Positions 26,141-38,821 of a stretch of 64,000 bases of DNA are shown here, in pieces. Positions within the stretch are counted from its first letter, which is position 1. Every line of letters begins with the position of its first letter. The DNA comes from Octopus sinensis (taxonomy: Eukaryota): contig NC_043005.1 in assembly GCF_006345805.1 (NCBI RefSeq), forward strand, positions 9,858,001 through 9,922,000, in the 5' to 3' direction. The notes below the pieces were generated by a model. The model worked only from the letters and a program-made list of their open reading frames with translations, was not told where the DNA came from and searched no databases. A program made the position numbers and the translations under genes.

Positions 26141-26618
26141 ACAATGGGACAAGAGCGCAAAACATCCAGACAACTAGGTGATACAAAAAGGAACAACAAA
26201 ACATCCATATAGACGATACAAAAAAACAAGGACGTGTCATTACGTCCTGTTGTTGTTGTTGTTCTTCTTCTTATTATTATTATTATTATTATTATTGTTG
26301 TTGTTGGTAGTTGTTGTGGTTGTTATTATTTCTATTGTATTTATATTTCTGTAACATTGTCTGTTTTTCTGTCTTTGTTTTTGTATACATTCGATGCTTT
26401 CTTCCAAGGAATCTAATGCTCTTAGCTTAGTTTTCCCTTGGGGCTGGCCAGATTGGAGCAATCTCAAGATTAATCAGCCGAAATTGCGAGGATGATCCGG
26501 TTCTTGACTGAGGATAGAAAGCTTCGAATGTTTTTTGTATCGTCTATCTGGATGTTTTGTTGTCCCTTTTGTATCACCTAGTTGTCTGGATGTTTTGCGT
26601 TCTTGTCCCATTTTGTAT
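26139..26618. repeat. Inverted repeat (about 90-bp arms, about 300-bp spacer), probably PLE-derived
   Basis: 26139-26228 is the reverse complement of 26530-26618 with few mismatches. Confidence 0.8.
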
Positions 26619-27659
26619 TTTATATAAACATATATATATATATATATGCGCGCGTGTGTGTGTGTGTGTATGTTTATTCAAATACATGTGTATATATGTT
26701 TATAACTGATATATATGCACGCTCTTTCAGCATGCTGCAACTTATTATCCCATTAGAACTTTCCGTTCAGACAGAGTTCGTACTGTTATTATCCGGTGAC
26801 AAATGTAAAATATACAAAAAAACCTGTTAAATATATAACTCCAGCACTTACTAAGACCAACATACTGAACTAAAACTACTGAATGCTATACTCTAACTTG
26901 CCCCTGTCCTATAATAAGAATTACTTGGTCTTTTCCTAATTCAAATGGTATCTATATAATAGCAGTTGTAACTGCTGAAACTCATCAGCTGAACCAAAAA
27001 TCATCTTAATTTTCCAGTTTATTCACAAACAATAATGGCCACCTTTTTTTGAACCGACATGTAGCACAACATTTATGCGCGTACATATATGAATCTGTGT
27101 ATATTTCTTATGACTGGCAAGAAAAGGAATTCAGGAACGTAGCGAAAGTAATGTCAAAACCTAGACTTCTCAATAATTCAATTACCATGCAAATAACAGG
27201 ATGAGTCAGACGGATTTGAATGTGAGCGTGCAATTCCCAAGCTTAACTCCAATGATAATAAATAACCTGATCTTAGGAAACAGCTAGATTTGTGAGAAAA
27301 CATCTTAATTTCAGAATTAATCGCGTCTTGTAAAAGCAATACTGAGTTGGTACACGAAGGGGAAAAGGAGAGGTGTGTGAGAGATGTGTGACGCACAAGG
27401 ACAAAACAACACAATTGTTCCGGGGAAATTAAGATGTAGGTTTATACTTAAATTCATTCTATCTTATCTGGTTCATACAGGTCTTAGCAGTAATTGTCGA
27501 GTAATTATTTGAAAAATGCAGAGCAAGTCAGAGAACACTTACCATAAATCTGGCGGACATTCGTGAAACGTAAGGGTTAAAGTGGGCATAAGAAACCTAA
27601 TGGTTAAAAATGGGAAATATATCTCCGGCAATTATGACTTTCAAGTTTTAACACCAGAC

Positions 27660-28034
27660 CAGCAATTTCGGGGGATAGATAGATAGATTAGATCGATCCC
27701 AGTGCTCGACTGGTACTTATTTTATCGCCACCCGAAAGCAAAAGATACAAAGTCGACTCTGGCGGAATTTGAACTTAGATGGCAAAGGCAGAGGAAATAC
27801 CTATTTCTCTACTACCCACAAGGAGCTAAACACAGAGAGGACAAACAAGGACAGACAAACGGATTAAGTCGATTATATCGACCCCAGTGTGTAACTAGTA
27901 CTTAATTTATCGACCCCGAAAGGATGAAAGGCAAAGTCGACCTCGGCGGAATTTGAACTCAGAACATAACTGCAGACGAAATACTGCTACTCATTTCGCC
28001 CGGCGTTCTTTTTTGGCTGCCAGCTCGCCGCCTT
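27660..28034 (-). mobile_element. SINE family B dimer/cluster
   Basis: Unit 27802-28034 with the fixed junction at about 27800. Confidence 0.75.
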
Positions 28035-28179
28035 AAGACGGACTAAAAACCGTTAAGCGTTTTTCCCGGGATGCTATTGATTCTCCTAGCTCGGCGCCTT
28101 ACCCTCGGCACTTATTATTAAAAGAAAATAATCACTGGAACGTTGCTCTAATTCTGGGATCGGTAACATGGATGCAAGA

Positions 28180-28412
28180 AAGGCAGCGAGCTGGCAGAAA
28201 TGTTAGCGCGCCGGGCGAAATGCGTAGCCGTATTTCGTCTGCCGTTACGTTCTGAGTTCAAATTCCGCCGAGGTCGACTTTGCCTTTCATCCTTTCGGGG
28301 TCGATAAATTAAGTACCAGTTACGCACTGGGGTCGATGTAATCGATTAAAACCCATTGTCTGTCCTTGTTTGTCCCCTCTATGTCTAGCCCCTTGTGGGC
28401 AATAAAGAAACA
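28180..28412 (+). mobile_element. SINE family B, full length
   Basis: Head to CAATAAAGAAA tail. Confidence 0.9.
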
Positions 28413-28780
28413 AGAATGTCGGGAGAGAAGAAACGGCGCTACGTTGCGGGTCAAATGAACTGGACCTGCCATGTAACATTACAGTGCTTAGAACCTCTAA
28501 AGGGAGTGTGACTTCCCCCTTCAGCGGCTCTGAACAGCAGTGATGCTTTCGCCTACATCCTCGCTTCCTTTCTTCCTCGTAACATTCAGGCATCCAACTT
28601 GCAAATCCAAAGAGCTGTGACAGCAATTCAGTAATTATTTTCTCACTATGTTTGCCGAGAATTTAATTCGTCACGTACCCAGCCCTTATGACACCACATG
28701 ACTGAAAGGGACGAAACCTTTGTCATCTCCTGGCAACAGCTTATATTCAGCATTGCCAGCGGCATGAAAAAATACAGATA

Positions 28781-29189
28781 TTGCAGGAGTGGCTGTGTGG
28801 TAAATAGCTTGCTTACCAACCGCATGGTTCCGGGTTCAGTCCCCCTGCGTGGCATCTTGGGCAAGTGTCTTCTACTATAGCCCCGAGCCGACCAATGCCT
28901 TGTGAGTGGATTTGGCAGACGGAAACTGAAAGAAGCCTGTCGTATATATGTATATATATATATATGTATGTGTGTGTTTGTGTGTCTGTGTTTGTCCCCC
29001 TAGCATTGCTTGACAATCGATGCTGGTGTGTTTACGTCCCCGTCACTTAGCGGTTCGGCAAAAGAGACCGATAGAATAAGTACTGGGCTTACAAAGAATA
29101 AGTCCCGGGGTCGAATTGCTCGACTAAAGGCGGTGCTCCAGCATGGCCGCAGTCAAATGACTGAAACAAGTAAAAGAGTAAAAGAGTAA
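28781..29189 (+). mobile_element. SINE family A, full length
   Basis: Near-consensus copy. Confidence 0.9.
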
Positions 29190-29964
29190 ATAAATGCGTA
29201 CGCGCGTGTGTATGTATGTATGTCAGTGTGTGTTGTGGGAGGACAGTGTGTGTGAGGGGAGGTGTGTGTGTGTGAGAGAGAGAGTGTGTAAGTGTGATTG
29301 TGTGTGTGATGGTGTGTGTGTGTGTGTGAGTAAAATAATGTTTTTATTATCCTAAATATTCACAAAATCGATCGAATATCGGTAACGATAAACATAGCTA
29401 TTTTTGTGAAAAATCAACATTTACAAAATCGTGTGTGTGTGTGTGTGTGTGTGTGTGTACACATATATAACTAAATATATGTAAATACATAGATTCGGGT
29501 ATTGTATTATGTAAAAGACGATGAATCTGCAACGAAAGAAAGAATTGAAAATGTTTTGCAGAGAATATCATTTTAGCTAGGAAACGATTACTCTCATTTT
29601 GAGTTTCGCCCGTAGTCTTTTAAATTATGCAAAGATGAACATTTTCAGATATGTAAATGTAAGTGAGCGTGTTGTGAGTGGGTGGAATGATAGAATAAAA
29701 GATACAGAAACATCGCTAGAAAGATAGAAAGTGTAATAAAAGACTAAAGTTCTGGGTTGGAGGCGGGTAGGAATACGTCTGAAGAAAAGGAGATTATAAA
29801 TATAAAATTAGAACTTGGAATAATATCTCATGGAAATAAAATATAATGAACAATTATATAATAATGTATAGTGTTGGAGAAATAGGATAACTACGTGTTT
29901 TAGGATGTAAGACATTCTGTGTTTGAATACTCTTATATATGTATATAAATATATATGCGTGTAT

Positions 29965-30176
29965 ATGTATTGTGGTTTCGATTCCTGGACCGGGCGACGC
30001 GTAGTGTTCTTGAGCAAAACACTTCATTTCACGTTGCTCCAGTCCACTCAGCTGTCAGAAATGAGTAACGCTGCGATGGATAGGCGTCCCGTCCAGCTGG
30101 GAAACACATATGCCATAGAAACCGGGAAACCGGACCCATGAGCCTGGCTAGGCTTTAAAAGGGCGCATTTATTTAT
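29965..30176 (+). mobile_element. SINE family D (CORE-like body), 5' truncated
   Basis: CTTGAGCAAAACACTTCATTTCACGTTGCTCCAGTCCACTCAGCTG body; tail GGCTAGGCTTTAAAAGGGCGCATTTA. Confidence 0.75.
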
Positions 30177-30204
30177 ATAAATATATATGCGTGTATATGT
30201 ATAC

Positions 30205-31395
30205 ATACATAGATGGTGATGATTGTTTCAGCTTGACAGATGATAGCCGACACATCACACAGATTAATCCCTCCGTTGGTGAGCCCTAAGATGACTTTTA
30301 AGACCAGAGGCTGACTGACAGGGTTCAAAACATAAGTGATAGATATTATTCAAGTTCCTTCTACATCTTTGCTCTTTGGAATCTGATTCTGAAGCAATGG
30401 TTTTTTTTGGTTTTTTTTGTGAACAAGAATGTCTTTTAAGTCCATATATTATCATACATCTTTTGTTACATATGACACAAGTTGGAAGAATCGGTTGCGG
30501 TTTAAGATTATTCCCTGTCTGGGCATTTCGATTTTCATGTGATTTCATATGATTCACATATCCTGCTTTTAACAAAAGAACACGATCGCATTCAACGCAT
30601 ATCCAATATTCACTGTTGATTTCAGTTCCAGTTGTCCCTTTCCGACAGGCTCTTTTCATCTCAGAGCGCTGAATCATTTTCTCCACCCAGCACAGTTTCC
30701 CAATCACTTTTGTTCATATCTAGTTACTTCTGGTTTTCCTTCACACAGTCTTTTTACCTTTTCCTCGCCTTTCCAACCTAGGCGTAGGAGTGGCTGTGTG
30801 GTAAGTAGCTTGCTTAACAACCACATGGTTCCGGGTTCAGTCCCACTGCGTGGTACCTTGGGCAAGTGTCTTTTACTATAGCCTCGGGCCGACCAGTGCC
30901 TTGTGAGTGGATTTGGTAGACGGAAACTGAAAGAAGCCCGTAGTATATATGTATGTGCATGTATGTATGTGTGTGTGTCTATATGTTTGTGTGTCTGTGC
31001 TTGTCCCCCCCCCCAAATCGCTTGACAACCGATGGTAGTGTGTTTATGTCTCCGTAACTTAGCGGTTCGACAAAAGAGACCTATAGAAAAGGTACTAGCC
31101 TTACAAAGAACAAGTCCTGGGGTCGATTTGCTCGACTAAAGGTGGTGCTCCAGCATGGCCACATTCAACTGACTGAAACAAGTAAGAGAGAGTAAAGAGT
31201 AAAGAGTTATGTTGCGGTCGCTTACCGGAGTTGAGCTCAGCATAAAAATGACGCTTTGACAGTCGTCCATATTTCATTCTGATAACTTGTCCATCCCATC
31301 ACATTTGAGCCAAGATGACATGTTCAATTGAGTTACAACGTGCCATGCGCAAAACTTCTGTATCTGTTTGTTGTCTACCCCACCTGTCCTCGTTT
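30205..31395 (-). mobile_element. RTE LINE 3' fragment interrupted by SINE A
   Basis: 31208-31395 encodes a TEVL..TSIEHVILAQM.W.G.VIRM..GRL.K..FYAEL.SGKR-like motif; 30264-30707 encodes C2H2-like motifs ending CQSASGLKSHLRAH. Confidence 0.75.
30780..31207 (+). mobile_element. SINE family A, full length
   Basis: Head GGCGTAGGAG at 30781. Confidence 0.9.
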
Positions 31396-31445
31396 CATGT
31401 TTTTTTTTGGAATTCTCCCCTATATATATATATTCCGCCGAGATC

Positions 31446-31658
31446 GGAATAATCCTGTTGTCTGTCCTTGTTTGTCCCCTCTATGCTTAGCCCATTGTGG
31501 ACAATAAAGAAATAAGAAACGTTTGCAAGCCGAGCGAAATGGTTAGCTGTATTTTGTCTGTCTTTACGTTCTGAGTTCATATTCCGCCGAGATCGACTTT
31601 CATTCATTCGGGATCGATAAATCAAGCACCAGCTGCGTACTGGGGTCGATCTAATAGA

Positions 31659-31660
<2 letters not shown>
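31446..31660 (+). mobile_element. SINE family B fragments
   Basis: Tail followed by a diverged head and core. Confidence 0.65.
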
Positions 31661-31702
<42 letters not shown>

Positions 31703-31801
31703 NNNNNNNNNNNNNNNNNNNNNNNNNNNNNNNNNNNNNNNNNNNNNNNNNNNNNNNNNNNNNNNNNNNNNNNNNNNNNNNNNNNNNNNNNNNNNNNNNN
31801 N
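31703..31801. other. Assembly gap (N run) within (TA)n
   Basis: Seen directly. Confidence 1.
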
Positions 31802-31804
31802 NTA

Positions 31805-31970
31805 TATATGGGGACAGTTTAAAAAAACCCAAAAGACGAAAACAGATGGTGCAGACAACAAACAGACGTATTAGTATAACGCTCGGGAAGTTAAAAAGTT
31901 TTTAACGTTTCGAGCGTACGCTCTTCAACAGAAAGGAACACAGAGAGAAACAAGGAGAGAATATATATAT
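31805..31970 (-). mobile_element. PLE pseudo-LTR fragment with degenerate hammerhead
   Basis: Minus strand UUU-CUGUUGA-A-GAGC-GUAC-GCUC-GAAAC-GUU-AAA at about 31898-31935. Confidence 0.55.
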
Positions 31971-32237
31971 AAAATCCAAACCCCGCCTGACCCCCCCCCC
32001 CACACACACACTAAATAAACATAGACGTACATAGAGATATAAGCATGCGCAAATAAGAAACCCCGCCTGACCATAGAGTTGGGTTTTGGCTCTACTGGAG
32101 ACTTTCACACATCGATCGGAATATATAAATATTGTCTGTCTGTCACACCCTATATTGGTTTCAACTTTTAGCAAAAGGCCAAAATTTTTGGGTGGAGTGG
32201 GTAAGTGAACCACATCTATCTTAATGTTTAACTCGTA

Positions 32238-32375
32238 CTTCTTTTATCGACCCTGAAAGGATGAAAGGCGAAGTCGACCACGGTGGAATTTGAAATCTGA
32301 ACTTAAAGAACGGAATGCTGCTAAGCAGTTTACGTGGTCTGATAACGGTTCTGCCCGCTCGTCGCCTTTGTAAAA
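32238..32375 (-). mobile_element. SINE family B, diverged
   Basis: Reverse-complement core TCGACCCTGAAAGGATGAAAGGC. Confidence 0.7.
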
Positions 32376-32871
32376 CCCTATATTAAGTAATAACAAGACA
32401 ATACCTACACGCACGCGTGCGCGCACACACACGCACATACATGATGGTCAAATGGACTCTGCTCGTTGGAGTTAGCTAATTTCGAACTTCACTCAGGTAC
32501 CACGAAGCACTTATCACTCCACTGCACTGTCATCTCTATTGCATTTAGCATCAATTTCTCCACATTAACCGCTATGCAGAATCCTTCCCCACCCAGCCCT
32601 AGAGCATCCTCCTTCTGGAAACTAATAATGTTTTTTCTTGCAGGTGTTAACCTACAACAGTTTGACAGGCATGAATCCCGTCATTCTGAGACTTGCAAGG
32701 GTCATGAACTTTACCCATCTTCCAGACTTAGCTTTGGGGCCATCTGGGATTAAAAAGAAACAGACAGAAAATTTACTACCAAATAAAGTTGAATATATAT
32801 ATATATATATATAATTAGAAATATTGCATTTCTAAATCTCTCAGAGAGAGTTATACAGTAGCAGCATGATA

Positions 32872-33053
32872 AAGTGATGGTTTGTTGCCAACTTAATGTG
32901 GCAGTCCCAGGTGGTCATCTCCCTTGTTTGAAAACTTAAGGACACAGAACGCTTTTGTGTCTCTTAGCCAACTAGAAACGGTGTCTCTTAGGGCTAAATA
33001 GCAATAGCATTCTTCCCTGTCCTAGTACTGCCACATTAAGCTGGCAACAAACC

Positions 33054-33060
<7 letters not shown>
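32872..33060. mobile_element. Short MITE with about 40-bp TIRs, Tc1/mariner-like
   Basis: AGTGATGGTTTGTTGCCAACTTAATGTGGCAGT versus ACTGCCACATTAAGCTGGCAACAAACCATCACT; TA-rich flanks. Confidence 0.65.
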
Positions 33061-33145
<85 letters not shown>

Positions 33146-33214
33146 ATTATATTCGGAATGGTCATTTTGCCAGTTTAGCCAATAAAAACACACGCACTAT
33201 ATATATTTGGTGTT

Positions 33215-33660
33215 GACATAAGAACTGTTCAGAGATGGCTCCAAAGATTTCGTTCAGGAAATGAATGCCTTAAAAAAGAACCAAGAGGGAGACCAAAATC
33301 AGTTATTCAGCATGAACTGAATACTTTGGTTAAACGAAATCCGAGAACAACGGTCCGAAAAATCAAATCAGACCTCCAGACATCTCACACGACTGCTTCT
33401 CAGCACTTGAAGAAAATTGGAAAAATAAAAAAGATGGATACCTGTGTTCCCCATCAACTTAATGGGGTTCAAAGAAACAAACGTCTTACAGTGGGTTTCA
33501 TGTTGATTTTTCTGTTGGAAAGAGAACCATTTTTTTATCGACTCATTACGTGTGATGAGAAATGGATACTCTTTGATAACAGCAGGAGGACAGGACAGTG
33601 GTTAGATGCAGGCGAGTCACCAAAACACTACCCAAAACCTCCATTGTACCCTAAAAATTT
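33215..33660 (+). pseudogene. Mariner transposase internal fragment (cecropia/Hsmar1-like)
   Basis: RTVQRWLQRFRSG..EPRGRP...CVPHQL...LITCDEKWILFDN.RR.GQWLD..E.PKHYPKP; no TIRs seen. Confidence 0.85.
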
Positions 33661-33786
33661 TACGACACCTTGCTTGTTAATTACAGTGCTTCTCGTAGGA
33701 CTATCAGTTGTCTAAATATTTCAGTTATAAGCCAGAAACTGCATCGGTGAAAGATTTAATTTTTGCGTTGATTTATGAATTTTGTT

Positions 33787-34140
33787 ATTGGCAGAATCGT
33801 TAGCACACCGGAGAAAATGCTTAACGGTTTTTGTTCTGCCGCTACGTTCTGAGTTCAAATTCCGCCGAGGTCGACTTTGCCTTTCATCCTTTCGGGGTCG
33901 ATTAAATAAATACCAGTTACGCACTGGGGTCGAAGTAATCGACTTAATCCGTTTGTCTGTCCTTGTTTGTCCTCTCTGTTTAGCCCCTTGTGGGTAGTAA
34001 AAAAATAGGTATTTCGTTCGTTTTTACGTTGTGAGTTGAAATTCCACCGAGGTCGATTTTACCTTTCATTCTTTTGGGGGTTGATGAAACTAGTACCAGT
34101 AAAATACTGGAGTCAATATAAACTACAAGACTCTACCACC
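33787..34140 (+). mobile_element. SINE family B dimer
   Basis: Junction AAAAATAG|GTATTTCG near 34008. Confidence 0.85.
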
Positions 34141-34269
34141 CAATTTTCAGCTCCTGTGCCTATAGTAGAAAATATGATTGCTTTAACAATGACTACCAGA
34201 ACAGCAATTATGAATAAATGCCTAAACATGAAGAAAATTATGAATATTTTGATAATGGTGATGGTAATA

Positions 34270-34765
34270 CAGTATTCCTTCAACTATCGCGGGTGTTACG
34301 TTCCAAAACCTTCCGCGATAGGTGAAAATCCGCGAAGTAGAAACAGTACTGTACTGTATATATTTTTTATCATTTTTATAATTTGTATATATTTATTCTA
34401 TTATAAATGCAAAACAACCCCACACACTCGCCTCCCTGGTTTCGCTTTCTATTACAGTATGCGCGATTCTTTGTTTACCCATCTATAGTACACTACGTAT
34501 TTTCTTTTAATATATTTTAATTAATGTATTATGCAGTGCAGTACTGTACTCTATAAATATTTATTAATTTATTAATTTTTAGGCGTGAAAATGCATAGTA
34601 TACCATAGAAATAATTAAAATCTAAAAATATATAAATACCTATCGGCCGCAGAAACCCGCGATGTACTGAGGAGTCCGCGATATAAATTTACATATATTA
34701 GCCAGAAAAATACGCGATGTACTGTGTGCGTGATAGGTGAACGGCGATATGGCGAAGGATTACTG
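34270..34765. mobile_element. Tigger/pogo-like MITE
   Basis: TA|CAGTATTCCTTC..ATCGC left, GCGATATGGCGAAGGATTACTG|TA right; TA TSD. Confidence 0.75.
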
Positions 34766-34800
34766 TAATGAATATAATATCTGTTTTTGTTTCACCTCAG

Positions 34801-34934
34801 ATGGTACAGGTCGTGTGTACTTATTATCCACTGTACCTTCCTTCCTTTTGTTAGTGTTTTTGTCGTTTTTATGTAACTGCAGTGACATTTTTTGCCATGA
34901 CCGTTCATTTATAATATCTGGCCACAATAAATGA
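34801..34934 (+). other. Candidate terminal coding exon with hydrophobic (TM or GPI-signal-like) segment
   Basis: Acceptor TTTTTGTTTCACCTCAG; (D)GTGRVYLLSTVPSFLLLVFLSFLCNC...stop; unsupported by homology. Confidence 0.2.
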
Positions 34935-35757
34935 TTCGTTCATGCTATTCAGTTTATTCCTATTAAACCTCTTTACTGGTTTTTAGAATTGTTTTCTAAA
35001 AAGGCACAAAGTCTGAAATGTGGGAGATTTAGTCGATTATATCGACCTCAGTGTCAGAATGATACTTTATTTTCTCGACTACAAAACAATGAAATGCATG
35101 CTGACCGCAATGAAATTTGAAATCAGAGTGTAAACGGCAGGAACATATATTCTAAAGCATTTTTTTCAACGCGCTAACAATTCTGCCCATCCAACTGTCA
35201 CAAATTCAAGTCTTTCATTGAAGTGTTGGCGCCTGGATAACAGACCATATTTTCTGGTTTATAACCGAAGTGCTTAAATACACTGACTGTTCCAAGCAGG
35301 AACAAATTTTCCGCTAGGTTTGCTGTAGATTATTTTATAGGCTGAAAACGAATTTCGTTCCTTTGTCTTCGTTGGTAGCCATTCACAGTACAAAAGCCAA
35401 AGTTCAATGATGATGTTTATATTCAAGACATTGAAGCCACATCATGAGGATGGTGGCTACGATGGCGAAGAGGGTGAAGGTGATGATGGTGATGGTTGAT
35501 TTGATAGAGGGTAATGGTTGTAGCGGTTAGCGGTGGCGGTAGGGGTGGTGGTACTACTCATGATTATGAAGATTATGGCAGGAACTTTGATGAATAAGTA
35601 ACTAATTATGAAGAAAATAATGGATATTTTATTAATAGTTATAATGATCATAAACGTAATTCTTGTCTTGGTTTTGCCTCTGATTTCTTTGAAGTCATTT
35701 AAGGCTTTAGTAGTGAAAATAAATAGTACTTTTCTAAAACTGAAGAATAATAATATG

Positions 35758-35990
35758 TATTTCTTTACTACCCACAAGGGGCTAAACACAGAGAGGACAA
35801 ACAAGGACAGACAAACGGATTAAGTCGATTACATCGATCCCAGTGCGTAACTGGTACTTAATTTATCGACCCCGAAAGGACGAAAAGCAAAGTCGACCTC
35901 GGCGGAATTTGAACTCAGAACGTAGCGGCAGACGAAATACGGCTACGCATTTCACCCGGCGTGCTAACGTTTCTGCCAGCTCGCCGCCTT
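35758..35990 (-). mobile_element. SINE family B, full length
   Basis: Near-consensus copy. Confidence 0.9.
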
Positions 35991-36335
35991 TCATAATATA
36001 GCAAACCGAAATTATAGACAGAGCTCCACCTGATTCTATGGAAGAAAACTGATGGCATATTATTTTATATCAAGAATCTTTTCTACTCTAGGCACAAGGC
36101 CCTAAATTTTGGCGGATGATGGTGGGGCAGTGGATTAGATCGATCCCAGTACGCAACTGGTACTTAATTTATAGAACCCAGATGGATGAAAGGCAAAGTC
36201 GACCTTGGCAAAGGCAAAGTCGTCTTTTCGAGGACGGTAAAATAAGTACCAGTTGAGAGCTAGGGTCGATGCAATCAACTAGCCCTCCACCAAAATTTGA
36301 AACAATTATCATTGTTATGACTTTAAACAATGAAA

Positions 36336-36504
36336 TGCGTAGGAGTGGCTGTGTGGTAAGTAGCTTGCTTACCGACCACATAGTCCCGGGTTCAGTCCCA
36401 CTGTGTGGCACCTTGGGCAAGTGTCTTCTACTATAGCCTCGGGCCGACCAAAGCCTTGTCAGTGAATTTGGTAGACGGAAACTGAAAGAAGCCCGTCGTA
36501 TATA

Positions 36505-36549
<45 letters not shown>

Positions 36550-36768
36550 TTATATATATATATATATATATAATTATATATATATATATATAATATATAT
36601 ATATATGTATATTATATAATATATATATATATATATATATACATATGTGAGTGTGTGTTTGTGTGTCTGTGTTTGTCGCCCAACATCACTTGACAACGAT
36701 GCTGGTGTGTTTACGTCCCCGTAACTTAGCGGTTCGGCAAAAGAAACCGATAGAATAAGAACTAGGCT
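36336..36768 (+). mobile_element. SINE family A, 3' truncated
   Basis: Head GCGTAGGAG; ends near GAATAAGAACTAGGCTT. Confidence 0.85.
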
Positions 36769-37162
36769 TTCGATCCCATTGCGATGCATTTGGGGCAAAT
36801 GTTATTTTCTATAGTCTCGAATCTACCCAGAAATTGTCAACGAAAATTGGTAAACGTAAGCTACCTTAAAGCTTGTAGGGTAGATCGAGTGTTTCTCATT
36901 TAAAAGTATAACCTGTTGACACATCGTGTTACACTGATTTTTATTTGGGAATTACGTTAGAGGGTACACGTTAATTCAGGAGCACGTCATTCTCTAGATC
37001 GAAACCAATTCTCATCGTCGATTGACGAAGAACCATCTATCCATTGCAGTGTCTCGTTTAAGTAAAAATCATATATCAAATACTGTAATGATATATTATT
37101 CTACATTATGCAGTATTGCGTACTGTTATGTGTTATAGGTACTATATTATGTCTTTTATATT

Positions 37163-37455
37163 TATGCGCCCTTTTCAAGCCTAGCCAGGTTCATGGGCGT
37201 ATGTGTTCCCTCCAGCTGGACGTGAAGGCCAGTCCATCGCAGCGTTACTCAAGAAACAGGAAGAAAGAGGAAGAAAGAGTGAGAGAAAGTTGGGGCGAAA
37301 GAGTACAAGGGGCGCCACCACCCACTGCCGGAGCCTCGTGGAGCTTTAGGTATTTTCGCTCAATAAACACACACAACGCCCGGTCTGGGAATCGAAACCG
37401 CGATCCTCCGACCGAGAGTCCGCTGCCCTAACCACTGGGCCATTGCACCTCCACA
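37163..37455 (-). mobile_element. Chimeric SINE: family C head and body with family D tail
   Basis: Tail TTTATGCGCCCTTTTCAAGCCTAGCCAGG matches the family D tail at 59350. Confidence 0.8.
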
Positions 37456-37496
37456 TATCATGTCTATGATATATTTTATCCTTTGTTAAAAGTATT

Positions 37497-37934
37497 GGAT
37501 CTCTTCGGTTTGAACAGCAGTTTTTTTTCTAGCGGTGTCATATGAAATTGTCACCCATAATCATGACCCTAGTATCGATCTATTGCATTTCAATCTGTTT
37601 TAGGGTTAGTTAGGGTTAGGGTTAGGGTTAAGGTTAGGGGTGGGGGGAAGGGTATCTTTTTTTCTTCACAAATGTAAATAAACCCAATCTGTTTCTTAAA
37701 CGAGGGACATATTCATACGGCACATTTTTTTACCTCAATAGTGTCAGTGATTGGTTGAAATTGCAGAAATTGAAGAAAAAAAAAAACAACAAATATCTTG
37801 CAAACTATAGAATTTTCTCAATAAAGCCAAGAGAAAAAGATGTTTTTACAGACATTCTACCAGTATACGAAGTTAAAATGTTTTTAGTTACCTAGAAATT
37901 ATGTTAAAAACTGCCGTTCAAACAGAAAAGATCC
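37497..37934. mobile_element. Merlin-like MITE, copy 1
   Basis: TIR GGATCTCTTCGGTTTGAACAGCAG / CTGCCGTTCAAACAGAAAAGATCC; 8-bp TSD AAAGTATT; internal (TTAGGG)n. Confidence 0.8.
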
Positions 37935-38208
37935 AAAGTATTTTCCTGCGGTTATTCAACATTTTGTCATGTGTTAATGATTTGTACTATGATTTATATT
38001 GCGTAATATTAACACATTATTCTATTTTTCAATTACTACATTTCCTTCCGTTTATTACTATGTCGAAGTTATGTCCTTCCTATTATTATTATCATTTTTG
38101 TCGGTGATGGTTGGGGTGTGGGTGGTGATGTAGCCGTTGGATTTAGGTCAACCCTGATCGAAAAGTAGAACCTTACTGAAATTATGCTAAGGTAGGTAAA
38201 TAATTCTC

Positions 38209-38642
38209 GGATCTTTTCGGTTTGAACGGCAGTTTTTTCTAGCGGTGCCATATGAAATTGTCACCCATAATTATGACCCTAGTATCGATCTATTGCATTT
38301 CAATCTGTTTTCGGGTTAGGGTTAGTTAGGGTTAGGGTTAGGGGTGGGGGGAAGGGTATCTTTTTTTCTTCACAAATGTAAATAAACCCAATCTGTTTCT
38401 TAAACGAGGGACATATTCATACGGCACAGAATGTTTTCACCTCAATAGACGGTCATTGATTGATTGAAATTGCTAAAATTGAAGAAAAAAAATCAACAAA
38501 TATCTTACAAGCTATAGAATTTTCTCAATAAAGCCAAGAGAAAATGATGTTTTATAAACACATTCTACCAGTATACGAAGTTTAAAATTTTTTAGTTACC
38601 TAGAAATTATGTTAAAAACTGCCGTTCGAACCGAAAAGATCC
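38209..38642. mobile_element. Merlin-like MITE, copy 2
   Basis: Same TIRs; 8-bp TSD TAATTCTC. Confidence 0.8.
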
Positions 38643-38712
38643 TAATTCTCCGTCTATCTAAAGCAGGTAAGTAATTCCATAGCCTACTAAAGATTATTTT
38701 ATTTTGTTACAG

Positions 38713-38821
38713 ATCTCCCCAATCGTCAGACACGTAGCTGGAATGTATATAAGAGAAAAGTCTTCTTTCTTCTGATGAACAAACACAACGAACAAGAAGA
38801 ATCACTTATTTATCCCACTTC
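38713..38821 (+). other. Candidate internal coding exon (phase 1 to 2)
   Basis: TTTTATTTTGTTACAG|...|GTATGT; open frame LPNRQTRSWNVYKRKVFFLLMNKHNEQEESLIYPT. Confidence 0.35.

Noticed and set aside
27415-27582. Possible piggyBac-like right end (AAGGG|TTAA)
   Set aside because: No matching left TIR found
37605-37640. (TTAGGG)n as a telomere or fusion scar
   Set aside because: Short, and internal to a TIR element present twice with TSDs
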